From the NCBI RefSeq assembly GCF_004010195.1, contig NC_057719.1, positions 64,297,218 to 64,360,037 of the forward strand: DNA of 62,820 bases. Reading direction: 5' to 3'. A program made the position numbers and the translations under genes. The notes below the pieces were generated by a model that was not told the DNA's origin, did not search any database, and saw only the letters and a program-made list of their open reading frames with translations. The DNA comes from Chiloscyllium plagiosum (taxonomy: Eukaryota). Shown here piece by piece: positions 28,201 through 37,472 of this stretch. Within the stretch, counting starts at the first letter, position 1. Each line of letters starts with the position of its first letter.

Positions 28201-31200
28201 CAAGAACAGAACTACTGCGTTATAGCAGAACTGACTGTAGAGGAAAGGCAGCTGCTTTAAAAATATTGTTCTACAAAAGAGCATGAGTGTGTCTTTGGGT
28301 ACAATGGATCGACATGGTGAAGCCATCAAATTTTAAGCTGAAGAAAAGTATATTTAACATATGAATAGGAAATCCAAAACAAGTATAAAAATGTGAAAAT
28401 TTACGATAAAGGGAAATAGAGTTAAAGCATGAAACAAAGAATTAATGTGTAGGGCCATAAAGATTTAAAAAGGCCACATTTGTAGTATGACAACAGGCAA
28501 AGGAGAGCTGTTAACAGATAATGGAGGCAGACAAGCAGTGGAGAATGATGTTTGGAATTTACGTTAGCTAAGTACTGTATGCATGCTTGTCCAGAAGAAG
28601 TTGTGCAGTTACCAGAGGTCTGTGGAATGCAGTCAAAATTCAACAGAAGATTGCATCAAAGAATGTATTCTGTCTTGAATGAATCAAATCACCTAGATGC
28701 AGCGCTTAATGTGGTAGGATTCTGAAGCTAGGGAGGGAATACTGGAGGCTATGACTTTAAAAAAAAACCACAGAATATTCCAGGATACTTGTTAGAAATA
28801 TTCCTACTCGTTTTTAATTTGTTGTGTGTAAATTATTTAGCAGGCACCTGAAAAGGGTCCACTGTTTTTGTGACTTGTTTGCACTATGTGAAATTCTCCA
28901 CACCCAAGCAGCTTAAAGGCAACGATGGTCATTTGTAGGCTACCAGAATCTGTAGCAGAGGGGGACATTGCTAAGGACTTGGAGAAATTTGAGTTAATCA
29001 GACCTAATCCATAGGAAGATGTAAAAGAAAGGTCATACGTCACACATCTTATCAATGAAGAAAGATTTGTTCAGGTTAACAGAATGATGGTTAGGGCAGA
29101 ATGTAAAGTATCAGAATAACGAGAATAGTTGATTGGATTGGAAAGATATGTGAGTAGAAGGTCATGTTGAAGTACTTTTATTTACTGTATTCACAAATGA
29201 GCTGAACTGAGGAAACAATATGTGGAATGGATGGGGGAAGGGCACGAGAACCATTGTTGACAATGACTGTGAAACATTGCAGGATTAAAGTAGATGACAA
29301 TGGGGATGTATGTAGCAAATACAGTCAGATGTAGAAGAATGTGAAAAATATAGAAGTTTACAGCCTTTTGATACATTCTATCTGTGCTAACTTGCAGCTG
29401 GAACAAGCTAAAGTTTATACACTCTCTTGCTTTTGCCCCACAGCCTCTTCAAATGTGTACTTGCTTTTCATTTAAATGTTCAAAGATCTTGGCCTCATGT
29501 ATTCACTGTTTCAAGCCCTTCCAAGCTCTAGTAATTCGGTAAAGGAATTTTTAACCTTTCTATGCCCTCTCATCCCTTTACTTCTAAAATTGATCACATC
29601 TCATTACAAATTTCCCAGTCAGAGGCAATAGTCATCCCCTATTCCTCCTATAAAACTCTTAATTTTAAAAGTTTCTGCTACATCTCTTCCACTTCACTGA
29701 TAATACCCTTGTCATGCTTGTCATGTTCCTCTTTCTGACTGTAATTTCACATGTCTTAACATCTTAAATTCAGTCAAAGGAATGTACATTTCCAAATTCC
29801 AATGCATTCTTAAAGAGCTGTAAGATTTTTGCTGACTGTCTTTGCATTGCTCCATTTCATTTTTATTTTTATTTTTATTTCTGAGCCAGGCCTTTCAGTT
29901 GGATGCTGCTGCTGTATATGACAAAACTGCAAAACATTTACTGCAAAATCGCAAGTTCTGTCAAATCAGACAGTTACTGAAATGTGTCAGTGAATCGGGA
30001 GTGGCTAGTGGCGATGACACTGATAACCTCCTTGTCCGATTTATTGAAGGCGGTGATGAACACCTTTCACAGGTGAGAACAGTCTAATTCTGAACCACCA
30101 GTGGAGCAAAGTACCTCACTTGTTTCTCAAACAAAAATTAATACACCCCTGGGATACATGGGTTGTTGAATGATGTGAGGTTGAGTAAATTGGGTCTATT
30201 TTCTTTGAAGTTTAGAAGCATGAGAAGTAATCTCGTTGAACCGTACAAGATAATGAAGGAGCTTGATGTTAAAAAATGCCATACCTTTTGGAAATTTTTC
30301 AAGTAATATAAACTTAATTTCCAGTAGTCACTGAATTATTCATTGCATAGAAGATCAGTGGACATTCCCCATGCTCATATTTGGAGTATCACAGCAGTCT
30401 GTATACAGGCTCACTATCGAGCCAGCACTTGTCTTTCTTCAGCATTTACATAAGCATTCATTGAGAAGTTTTCATTGGAAGCACACACAATTCTCTTAGT
30501 CATAGAGTCATAGGGATGTACAGCATGGAAACAGACCCTTCGGTCCAACCCGTCCATGCCGACCAAATATCCCAACCCAATCTAGTCCCACCTGACAGCA
30601 CCCGGCTCATATCCCTCCAAACCCTTCCTATTCATAAAAATCCAAATGTCTCTTAAGTGTTGCAATTGTACCAGCCTCCACCACTTCCTCTGGCAGCTCA
30701 TTCCATACACTTACCACCCTTTGTGTGAAAAAGTTGCCCCTTAGGTCTCTTATATCTTTCCCCTCTCACCCTAAACCTATACCCTCTAGTTCTGGACTCC
30801 CCGACCCCAGGGAAAAGACTTTGTCTATTTACCCTATTCATGCCCCTCATAATTTTGTAAACCTCTGTAAGGTCACCCCTCAGCCTCCGACGCTCAAGGG
30901 AAAACAGTCCCAGCCTGTTCAGCCTCTCCCTGTAGCTCAAATCCTCCAACCCGGCAACGTCCTTTTCTGAACCCTTTCAAGTTTCACAACATCTTTCCGA
31001 TAGGAAGGAGACCAGAATTACATGCAATATTCNNNNNNNNNNNNNNNNNNNNNNNNNNNNNNNNNNNNNNNNNNNNNNNNNNNNNNNNNNNNNNNNNNNN
31101 NNNNNNNNNNNNNNNNNNNNNNNNNNNNNNNNNNNNNNNNNNNNNNNNNNNNNNNNNNNNNNNNNNNNNNNNNNNNNNNNNNNNNNNNNNNNNNNNNNNN

Positions 31201-34200
31201 NNNNNNNNNNNNNNNNNNNNNNNNNNNNNNNNNNNNNNNNNNNNNNNTCTGCACCACCACCCTCTGTCTTCTACCTTTGACCCAGTTCTGTATCCAAATG
31301 GCTAGTTCTCCCTTTATTCCATGAGATCTAACCTTGCTAATCAGTCTCCCGTGGGGGACCTTGTCGAATGCCTTACTGAAGTCCACATAGATCACATCTA
31401 CCGCTCTGCCCTCATCAATCCTCTTTGTTACTTCAAAAAACTCAAGTTTGTGAGACATGATTTCCCACACACAAAACCATGTTGACTATCCCGAATCAGT
31501 ACTTGCCTTTCCAAATACATGTACATCCTGTTCCTCAGGATTCCCTTCAACAACTTGCCCACTATTGAGGTCAGGCTCACTGGCTTGTCCTTATCACCCT
31601 TCTTAAACAGTGGCACCACGTTTGCCACCCTCCAGTCTTCTGGCACCTCACCTGTGACTATCGATGATACAAATATCTCAGCAAGAGGCCCAGCAATCAC
31701 TTCTCTAGCTTCCTACAGAGTTCTCGGGTACACCTGATCAGGTCCTGGGGATTTATCCACCTTTAACAGTTTCAAGACATCCAGCACTTCCTCCTCTATA
31801 ATCTGGACATTTTGCAAGATGTCGCCATCTATTTCCCTACAGTCTAAATCTTCCATATCCTTTTCCACAGTAAATACTGATACAAAATACTCATTTAGTT
31901 TCTCATTTAAATACTCATTTTCTGCGGCTCCACACAAAGGCCGCCTTGCTGATCTTTGAGGGGCCCTATTCTCTCCCTAGTTACCTTTTTGTCCTTAATG
32001 TATTTGTAAAAACCTTTTGGATTCTCCTTAATTCTATTTCATTTTCACTTCTCAAAGTACAAAAAACAGAAGTGTCAACTGCTTGGTGGTGATAGAAGTA
32101 GCCAATTTTAGAAAAAGATTTGTCCTAATCCATAACATAATCTAACCAGTTCCAACTCTCATTCTATTTGATAAAATTTTCTGTAACGTTAAAATATAAT
32201 CAAATAATGAGCCATTCACATTTCAGTGAAAATGTTCCTTTTTTCAATATTCTAATTAACATATCTGCCAAGTGCTGCTCATTTCAAGTGGCAATAATTT
32301 ATTTTAGGCAAGGGATTCTTGGAAATGAAAGCATCTGTTATCTATTTAAAGCTTAGGATTTCAAACTGGGATCCATGGAGCTTAAGAGAGTTTTTGAAAG
32401 GATCAGGTATCTTTATCTGAGATTGGACATACTACGGTCTACGAGCAGACTCTGTATTCCTTATTTTCCTTTTCACATTTCCTGGATTTATTAACTATTT
32501 GGTACATTTTTGCTGTTGTTATGATACTTGTAGAGACTAATAACTAGAAGTTCAATTAGCTGAATGTTTAACACGAGATATCATGTTTTAAGATCCAAAT
32601 TGTAACAAGCAGACTAAAAAGGTGATTGATGGAGCATTTTTTGTCAGCATCTTTTAGTTTAAACTGCAGAACTCTACTGAAAAGAAAATCACCATCAGAT
32701 ATTATATATTGCACTGCCCTTAAGTAGACATTCAGTTCTCCCATAACCAGTCCAAAATTATTCTTAGCTCTCAGTAGTTCACTTCTGTGTTTTCATTTCT
32801 AGGCCTGATTACTTCTAACTCCAAATCTATCTTTCATGGTGAGACTACTCGTAGAGATTCTCTCTAATACAATGGAAGAAAATTAACTTGCTTTGTTTTA
32901 ATACCTAATGATTTTGGTCTTTTCAGTCCAAACTCGAGCATCCACCTGCATTCTGACGTATGAATCATTGACACACTGCGATTAGCTGATCTCTTTTTCC
33001 CAGACCATGGCAGACTAACTGTCTCTGTATATTTAGTGAAGTCCTGTAATCAGATATCGCTTTCCATCTCAAAGCCAATCCCGTGACAACGTGAATCACA
33101 TGGAGCTTGTATTTAGATAGAGATGCTGATTAGCTACCATTCAGACCCCAATTCTTTTTCGTCTTTGAATTAACTGGACAGTTTAAAGCACAATTGTAAA
33201 ACACAAATGACATTCTCAGTGCTTTTCTGGGATTTTGGAGGTCCTAACCACCGTTAGCACATTGGCTGCTGACATTGTCTCCAAGTGTAAACCTCCCAGT
33301 AAAAAAAACCTAGGGCTCTTTTAATCTCTAACAATCACACCACTTAGTTTCAGGCAGACTTAGGGACAGGTCAAATACCTCCTTCATTTTACTTTCAAGA
33401 CACATCTCCATCTAAATACAAGGTTCATGTGATTCACTAAATATCACAGAGATAGTTAGTGTGCCAGGGTCTGAGAAAGAGAAAACCTCAAATCTCAAAA
33501 TATATAAATACATTTCATTATTGCAGTCATGTACACAGACTACTGAGGAATGTTTTCTCCAATAATAATGGTTTCTTTGGGAAACTAACACTTCTGGATT
33601 GTTGTTCTGTTCGCCGAGCACCCGAGCTACAAATCTTCTCACTTCTGGATGTTAGGACAGAGGTCTCCCAAGTGCGTTGGTATTTTTAAAGCACCTTGAG
33701 AAACGTTGACATTTCTAGACCGAACCATGCAGGGACAAGTGTGAACATTGCTGGAGTTACACCCTTTCACATAGATGCTTTTTGAAACTCACTTTTATTA
33801 TGTTGCTGATGTCGACTGCTCTGTATCTTTTAAATTGCAAAATTTGCTACATTTGTTTTAGTCAAATTGCATTCATTGTAGAGTGACAAAGCAATGGGGC
33901 CCTCTAGTGGGCAAGAAGACCATTTAGCATTTAAGGTAAGATTCGCCACAAGATGTCAATATGCAGCTTCGATCATTCTATCTGAACACATTTTGAGGGT
34001 AAAATGTATAATTTTTAGCTTCAAGTTAGATTGCAAATTGGGTTCTTTCCGTACACACTCTCTTTGCTCTTTGTCATGTCTGAAAAACAAATGTAAAATA
34101 ACTTATTTCCAATACTGCAAATCTGAGATTCTTGCCTTACTTTGCCATTTGTTTTTTTTCCCAATCTCCATGTTTTTAGAACTGAAGTTCATTATTTCTT

Positions 34201-37200
34201 AATGTAAACAAAAATATTTTTAAGTCTTGCTTGTGCTCCCCAATGGACTTGGGTTCTTAATTTCTCAGTTTGACAAAAATAAGTTATGAACATGTTAGTT
34301 AAATGCAGCAATTATTGTGTTGGAAATTTGGTTATATTGAAGTCCATGTGAAACAAATGAACTGGTATGAGTAAGGTCAGTTGTGGAATAGTTTATTCTT
34401 GTATAATCAACATAGAAACTGTGATAATACTATGGCTTTAAGAGGTGTCCTTTGTCCATTTTTTTCTGAAGAGAGGCAGAGACAGAGGTGCAGAGTGGCC
34501 TGTTCTAAGCCAATAAAGTAAATTTCTTTTGAGGCCTTTGCTGTTTTAAAAAAACACATTGTCAAGCTTCTAGGAAACCAGGATTTTAGTTTAACCTTCA
34601 GTAACTGCTAGAGTTTGGAAACTGCTATGTATCTCTCTCTCTCTCTCTCTTTCTCTCCTACAGAAAAATGCTTGGGTTCTCTCTCACTCCCTCGCTGTCT
34701 CTGAGTTTCCTCTGGACTGGAGAATTGTACTTGAGACAATGTATTTTATTGAATTTGCCTTTGCCAAGGCTGTGTTTGTAGGATCTTATTATATTGAACA
34801 GTTGCTGTCTGTTAAGTTTTTGAATAAAGTTGTTATTCCAATTCTTTCATTCTTTTTGTGTTTTAACTATAATGTGAGAATAAAGTGTATTTTGCTTCAA
34901 GTGTGATAGTTTGACTAATCGAATCGCATCCGGAACACTTATACTTGCGTTTAAAAAATAAGAAAAAGTTGGGGGTCTAGGCTATCTTCTTAATATATTT
35001 TGAGGGGGTTTGATCAGGTCCAAAACAAATATAAAATTAGGATTAAATGTATGTTTGTACTGGTTTAAAATTTTCATCAAACTTTTTGGAAGTTTGTCTT
35101 TTTTTCCTTTAAAGAATACTACTCTCTCATATGCAACTATTTTAATACCTTGAATTTTATTCCAGAAAACAATTAATAACCCATGCAGCATAACACGTAT
35201 ACAACTTAATGTAAGAAACTATTTATTTACAAACATTAGAGACTATGTTTAGTTTTCACTCCATCTGAATTGATTTCACATTGTTTCTGAAGACTTTTCC
35301 TTATATCTATGCTTCCAGAGTTCTATCTTGTATATGAAATACATATTTATTTATTGCTATGCTTCTGCAATTTGCACAGATTGACTAAATCCGGTTAAGA
35401 CCCAGCTGTTCTGAATCATAACCTTGAAAATTCATTTTTCTGTCCCACTCTGCCACTGCACAGGGAAAGTTCCAGCCACTTTCTGAGGGAATGAATCTTT
35501 ACTCTATTTCCTGAGCCCATACTGAGTGACACACTTGACTACAAATATACAAAATACAATGCTTCACAAATAGCTTCATTTCCCCTTATTTCTACCTTGA
35601 GAAGTTTTGGATGCTAATCTTGAGGTTATAACTGCTACATGTGTCATTGCAAGGCTCTCTCCAAATTCTCAGCTATGTCAGTTGCTTGTCAATGTGTATC
35701 TTTCTAAGTCAGAGTCATAGAGATGTACAGCATGGAAACAGACTCTTTAGTCCAACTCGTCCATGCTATCCAGGTATCCTAACCTAATCTAGTCCACGTG
35801 CCCACACTTGGCCCATATCCTTCTGAACCCTTCCTATTCATATACTCATCCAGATGCCTTTTAAATGCTCTAGTTGTACCAGCCTCCACCACTTCCACTG
35901 GCAGCTCATTCCATGCACGTACCACCCTCTGTGTGAAAAAGTTGCCCTTGAGGGCCCTTTTATATCTTTCCTCTCTCACCCTAAACTTATGCCCTCTGGT
36001 TCTGGACTCCCCCACCCCAGGGAAAAGACCTTGTCTATTTATCCTATCCATGCCCCTCATGATTTTATAAACCTCTGTAAGGTCACCCCTCAACTTCCGA
36101 CGCTCCAGGAAAAACAGCCCCAACCTATTCAGCCTCTCCCTATACCTCAAATTCTCCAACCCTGGCAACATCCTTGTAAATCTTTTCTGAACCCTTTTTC
36201 ACAATATCCTTCCAATAGGAAGGAGACCAGAATTGCATGCAATATTCCAAAAGTGGCCTAATCAATGTTCAGTACAGCTGCAACGTGACCTCCCAACTCC
36301 TATACTCAATGCTCTGACCAATAAAGGAAAGCGTACCTAATGCCGCCTTCACTATCCTATCTACCTGCAACTCTACTTTCAAGGAACTGTGGACCTCAGT
36401 CAGTTATTAAAGTACTTAGCTTTTGTCAGCCATGAACTAGTTGGCCTTTTGTTCAAGAAGGTTAATTACATGAGTCTCACACAACCAGTTATTGCTTTAT
36501 TGAGTGAATTACTTCAAGTATGTTCTTGAAGAAATACCACAAATTGTGTGATATTAATAAAACCTACCATGAGAAACTTGAATAGGTGGAGTACTTGCAG
36601 TAATATTTCAATAGATTGATGAATCAATTCATATTTTTGCAGTCAAAAGACCTAGAGAAACTGATTCTTGAAATGAAGAAAGATGAAAATAAGGTAAGCA
36701 AGGATGAAATAAGTTGAAACTTTTAGGGTACATATTTCTGAACTCCTACTGAAAGATTTCAAAGTTCGAAAGTAAATTCTTGGTTCAGCAAATTTACCCG
36801 GTCATCACTTGAACTGTAAAGACTTAAGGCCAAGGTTTGGCCACAACAACAATAGTCATGATCACAAATTGAGGTTACGTTGAGAACTGTCTTTATGCAA
36901 AGCTCGTTCAGTTTGAATTGGAAAATATTTTTGAAATAAAGATCTCAGAGGTTTTCTGTACTTTTGGAAATGATTAATTAATTATGATGGAGTTATGTGT
37001 GGATTATACCTCTGAGAAAAATCTTTACTATTTGTAACATTGACAAATCACGTTCTTTGTAGTACGCCAGTCAAGTAAGTCCTGTGCAGCTTTCCAGAAA
37101 TCTTAACCCTGCAAAATATGGAAGCAAGTCAGCAATCGAAATTGACAAACTTTACCTCGTAGAGCCACTTTTATGTTTGGAAAAGACTGTCTGGATAATT

Positions 37201-37472
37201 TCTAGAAAGTTTTAATCTGCACTTTCCAGAAGATATCTTGTAATGTCGTGTTTTGAATTTATCCACAGATTAAAGCCTTCCTGTTGTGTGGTAAATATCG
37301 CTCTGCCTATTTGGTTGCTGTGAAGCTTGAACACGTGCAGGCAGTGCAGTGTGTGCAGGAAGTGCTGGAGGCTGCTGAAAGAGCTGAGGATGAACTCATA
37401 CCGAAAATTTGTAGGGACTGGCTGAAGTCACACCAACTTAAGACTGTACAACAAAAAACCCACCGCAAGTAA
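1048..37472 (+). CDS. ZFYVE26: ZFYVE26/spastizin (SPG15), 3' part: 18 coding exons, 2835 nt joined, gene starts upstream of window
   Basis: All exons flanked by AG/GT with continuous phase; translation has the FYVE motif WxxD...RRHHCRRCG...RVC and C-terminal segments I recognise from spastizin (APSASLCIAILNLH, YISKVDV, LLGGKNIEEGFGI); ends TAA 37470-37472. Confidence 0.97.
1853..2102 (+). CDS. ZFYVE26: ZFYVE26 exon (250 nt) LLLTLPD...NPLLMLEQLLMNMKVDWA...EKARS
   Basis: gtag|CTT ... TCAG|gtaaca; overlaps ORF 1913..2116. Confidence 0.95.
3219..3317 (+). CDS. ZFYVE26: ZFYVE26 exon (99 nt) DSVINLQDLL...SICS
   Basis: ctag|AT ... TCTG|gtaagg, phase 1-1, frame open. Confidence 0.9.
3664..6290 (+). 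mobile_element. CR1 LINE, 5'-truncated, frameshifted ORF2 (end of AP endonuclease, RT, 3' tail)
   Basis: GVIYRPP, MGDFN, LDLVL, QHGF.KGKSCLTNL, SGVPQGSVLGP, DDTKLGG, RPHLEYCVQFWSP. Confidence 0.95.
6308..6635 (+). mobile_element. HE1-like V-SINE (tRNA-derived), near full length
   Basis: tRNA head with B box GGGTTCGATTCC, V-domain GTGGAGTTTGCACATTCTCCCC, CR1-type tail GAAGGGCCTGTT + (TTCTAA)n. Confidence 0.9.
7301..7467 (+). CDS. ZFYVE26: ZFYVE26 exon (167 nt), start of FYVE domain ...DWIPDDKALFCMVCGKERFTM
   Basis: ttgcag|GT ... ATG|gtaagg; WxxD and first CxxC of FYVE. Confidence 0.95.
9924..10226 (+). mobile_element. HE1-like V-SINE abutting the FYVE-exon acceptor
   Basis: Same head/V-domain/tail; ends AATCTAATCTAATCT. 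Confidence 0.9.
10244..10380 (+). CDS. ZFYVE26: ZFYVE26 exon (137 nt), FYVE core FNRRHHCRRCGRVVCQSCS...RVCDQCY
   Basis: gctag|TTC ... GAA|gtaagt; R+HHC+xCG and RVC PI3P-binding motifs. Confidence 0.97.
10552..10760 (+). mobile_element. Short SINE-like retroposon with 12-bp target-site duplication
   Basis: TACTCAATATGA at 10540-10551 and 10761-10772; head AGCTCAGTTAACTGG resembles a tRNA A box. Confidence 0.7.
11886..11914 (+). CDS. ZFYVE26: ZFYVE26 small exon (29 nt) (N)ENVQLDQGE
   Basis: Long pyrimidine tract + atag|T ... G|gtgagt; needed to bridge phase 2 to phase 1. Confidence 0.88.
12009..12145 (+). CDS. ZFYVE26: ZFYVE26 exon (137 nt) DPINCG...NERSEFFYEQ
   Basis: atag|AT ... CAG|gtgaga. 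Confidence 0.93.
13095..13235 (+). mobile_element. CR1 3' tail fragment
   Basis: GAGGGATATGGGCCAAATGC...GAAGGGTCTGTTTCCATGCTGTA...CTATGACTCTA. Confidence 0.85.
13352..13712 (+). mobile_element. tRNA-derived SINE, second family (not HE1)
   Basis: B box GGGTTTGAATCC; tail GGGCAATAAATGCTGGCC...TGAATGAATAAA similar to the LINE end at 62270-62392; related pieces at 23180-23595 (-), 46440-47065 and 60135-60260. Confidence 0.8.
14325..14520 (-). mobile_element. Old Deu-domain SINE fragment (SacSINE1/AmnSINE1-like)
   Basis: TGAGGGATAAG...GGACACTGGGAGAATTCCCTGCTCTT...GGTTTAATGGGTCATCTGAAA resembles the reverse Deu core; a more decayed copy lies at ~18690-18950. Confidence 0.55.
14528..14960 (-). mobile_element. 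Decayed CR1 3' fragment
   Basis: Reverse of CR1 tail and RT C-terminus. Confidence 0.75.
15509..15729 (+). CDS. ZFYVE26: ZFYVE26 exon (221 nt) APSASLCIAILNLH...QDLALCD
   Basis: acag|GCT ... AG|gtgagt. Confidence 0.96.
17731..17878 (+). CDS. ZFYVE26: ZFYVE26 exon (148 nt) SYISKVDV...YYALAVE
   Basis: acag|C ... GAG|gtttgc. Confidence 0.96.
18060..18620 (+). mobile_element. Decayed L2-type LINE 3' fragment
   Basis: Remnants FKILxLVxKS, GGxAFS..LWxSL, LKTYL and an L2-like tail. Confidence 0.6.
19130..19339 (+). CDS. ZFYVE26: ZFYVE26 exon (210 nt) VSTKGLLDPSGVWHAWG...KPVSPV
   Basis: tttag|GTC ... GTG|gtaatg. Confidence 0.95.
20125..20345 (+). mobile_element. CR1 3' fragment
   Basis: VVNAWN...FKKHLDEYMNR, tail GGGCTGAAGGACCTGTTCCTGTG. 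Confidence 0.8.
21199..21417 (+). CDS. ZFYVE26: ZFYVE26 exon (219 nt) QDDDILASL...QHLLDK
   Basis: aacag|CAG (NAGNAG) ... AAG|gtaaga. Confidence 0.94.
22385..22600. mobile_element. Foldback element made of two inverted Penelope-type tails
   Basis: AACTCAGCAG...GCAGCAT...AGAAACAGA versus TCTGTTT...ATGCT...CTGCTGAGTT; tail motif matches PLE end at 46360-46425. Confidence 0.65.
22634..22831 (+). CDS. ZFYVE26: ZFYVE26 exon (198 nt) ACPEEVF...LYDLQQFMK
   Basis: ttcag|GCT ... AAG|gtaatt. Confidence 0.96.
22924..23129 (+). CDS. ZFYVE26: ZFYVE26 exon (206 nt) DHMRAAMTCIRFF...AADVS
   Basis: ttcag|GAC ... AG|gtagat; 92-nt upstream intron. Confidence 0.96.
24446..26055 (-). mobile_element. CR1 LINE fragment (RT + tail)
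   Basis: Minus-strand ORFs [47 protein letters not shown]. Confidence 0.95.
26368..26645 (+). mobile_element. HE1-like V-SINE with internal deletion of the B box
   Basis: GGGCGGCACGGTGGCACAGCGG head, V-domain, tail. Confidence 0.9.
26785..26923 (+). CDS. ZFYVE26: ZFYVE26 exon (139 nt) RYMNTIELQ...MEVACK
   Basis: tgtag|G ... AAG|gtgcgt. Confidence 0.95.
27030..27089 (+). CDS. ZFYVE26: ZFYVE26 exon (60 nt) VLLGGKNIEEGFGISFRVIQ
   Basis: tgcag|GTT ... CAG|gtaatg. Confidence 0.96.
28020..28237. mobile_element. Tc1/mariner(pogo/Tigger)-type MITE
   Basis: TA|CAGGTCATTCTGCTATAAC ... GTTATAGCAGAACTGACTG|TA: imperfect TIRs and TA duplication; partial reverse copy at ~49262-49430. Confidence 0.8.
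29890..30072 (+). CDS. ZFYVE26: ZFYVE26 exon (183 nt) AFQLDAAAVY...EHLSQ
   Basis: gccag|GCC ... CAG|gtgaga. Confidence 0.95.
30498..32035 (-). mobile_element. CR1 LINE fragment spanning the assembly gap
   Basis: LNEYFVSVFT, KSPGPD, PEDWRVANVVP, KAFDKVPH, RRRLRGDL; tail at 30498-30600. Confidence 0.95.
31033..31247. other. Assembly gap (215 N)
   Basis: Run of n. Confidence 1.
34420..35027 (+). mobile_element. Putative solo LTR
   Basis: TGTGAT... start, ...AACA end, internal (CT)n and AATAAA hexamers; no clean TSD, no internal coding region. Confidence 0.4.
35711..36395 (-). mobile_element. CR1 3' fragment
   Basis: ORF 35779..36171 (ERLNRLGLF...RGDL...NFFTQRVV) + tail. Confidence 0.93.
36643..36693 (+). 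CDS. ZFYVE26: ZFYVE26 exon (51 nt) SKDLEKLILEMKKDENK
   Basis: ttgcag|TCA ... AAG|gtaagc, phase 0-0. Confidence 0.9.
37269..37472 (+). CDS. ZFYVE26: ZFYVE26 terminal coding exon IKAFLLCGKYRSAYLVAVK...THRK*
   Basis: acag|ATT ... TAA. Confidence 0.95.
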   Translation: MKAFLLCGKYRSAYLVAVKLEHVQAVQCVQEVLEAAERAEDELIPKICRDWLKSHQLKTVQQKTHRK

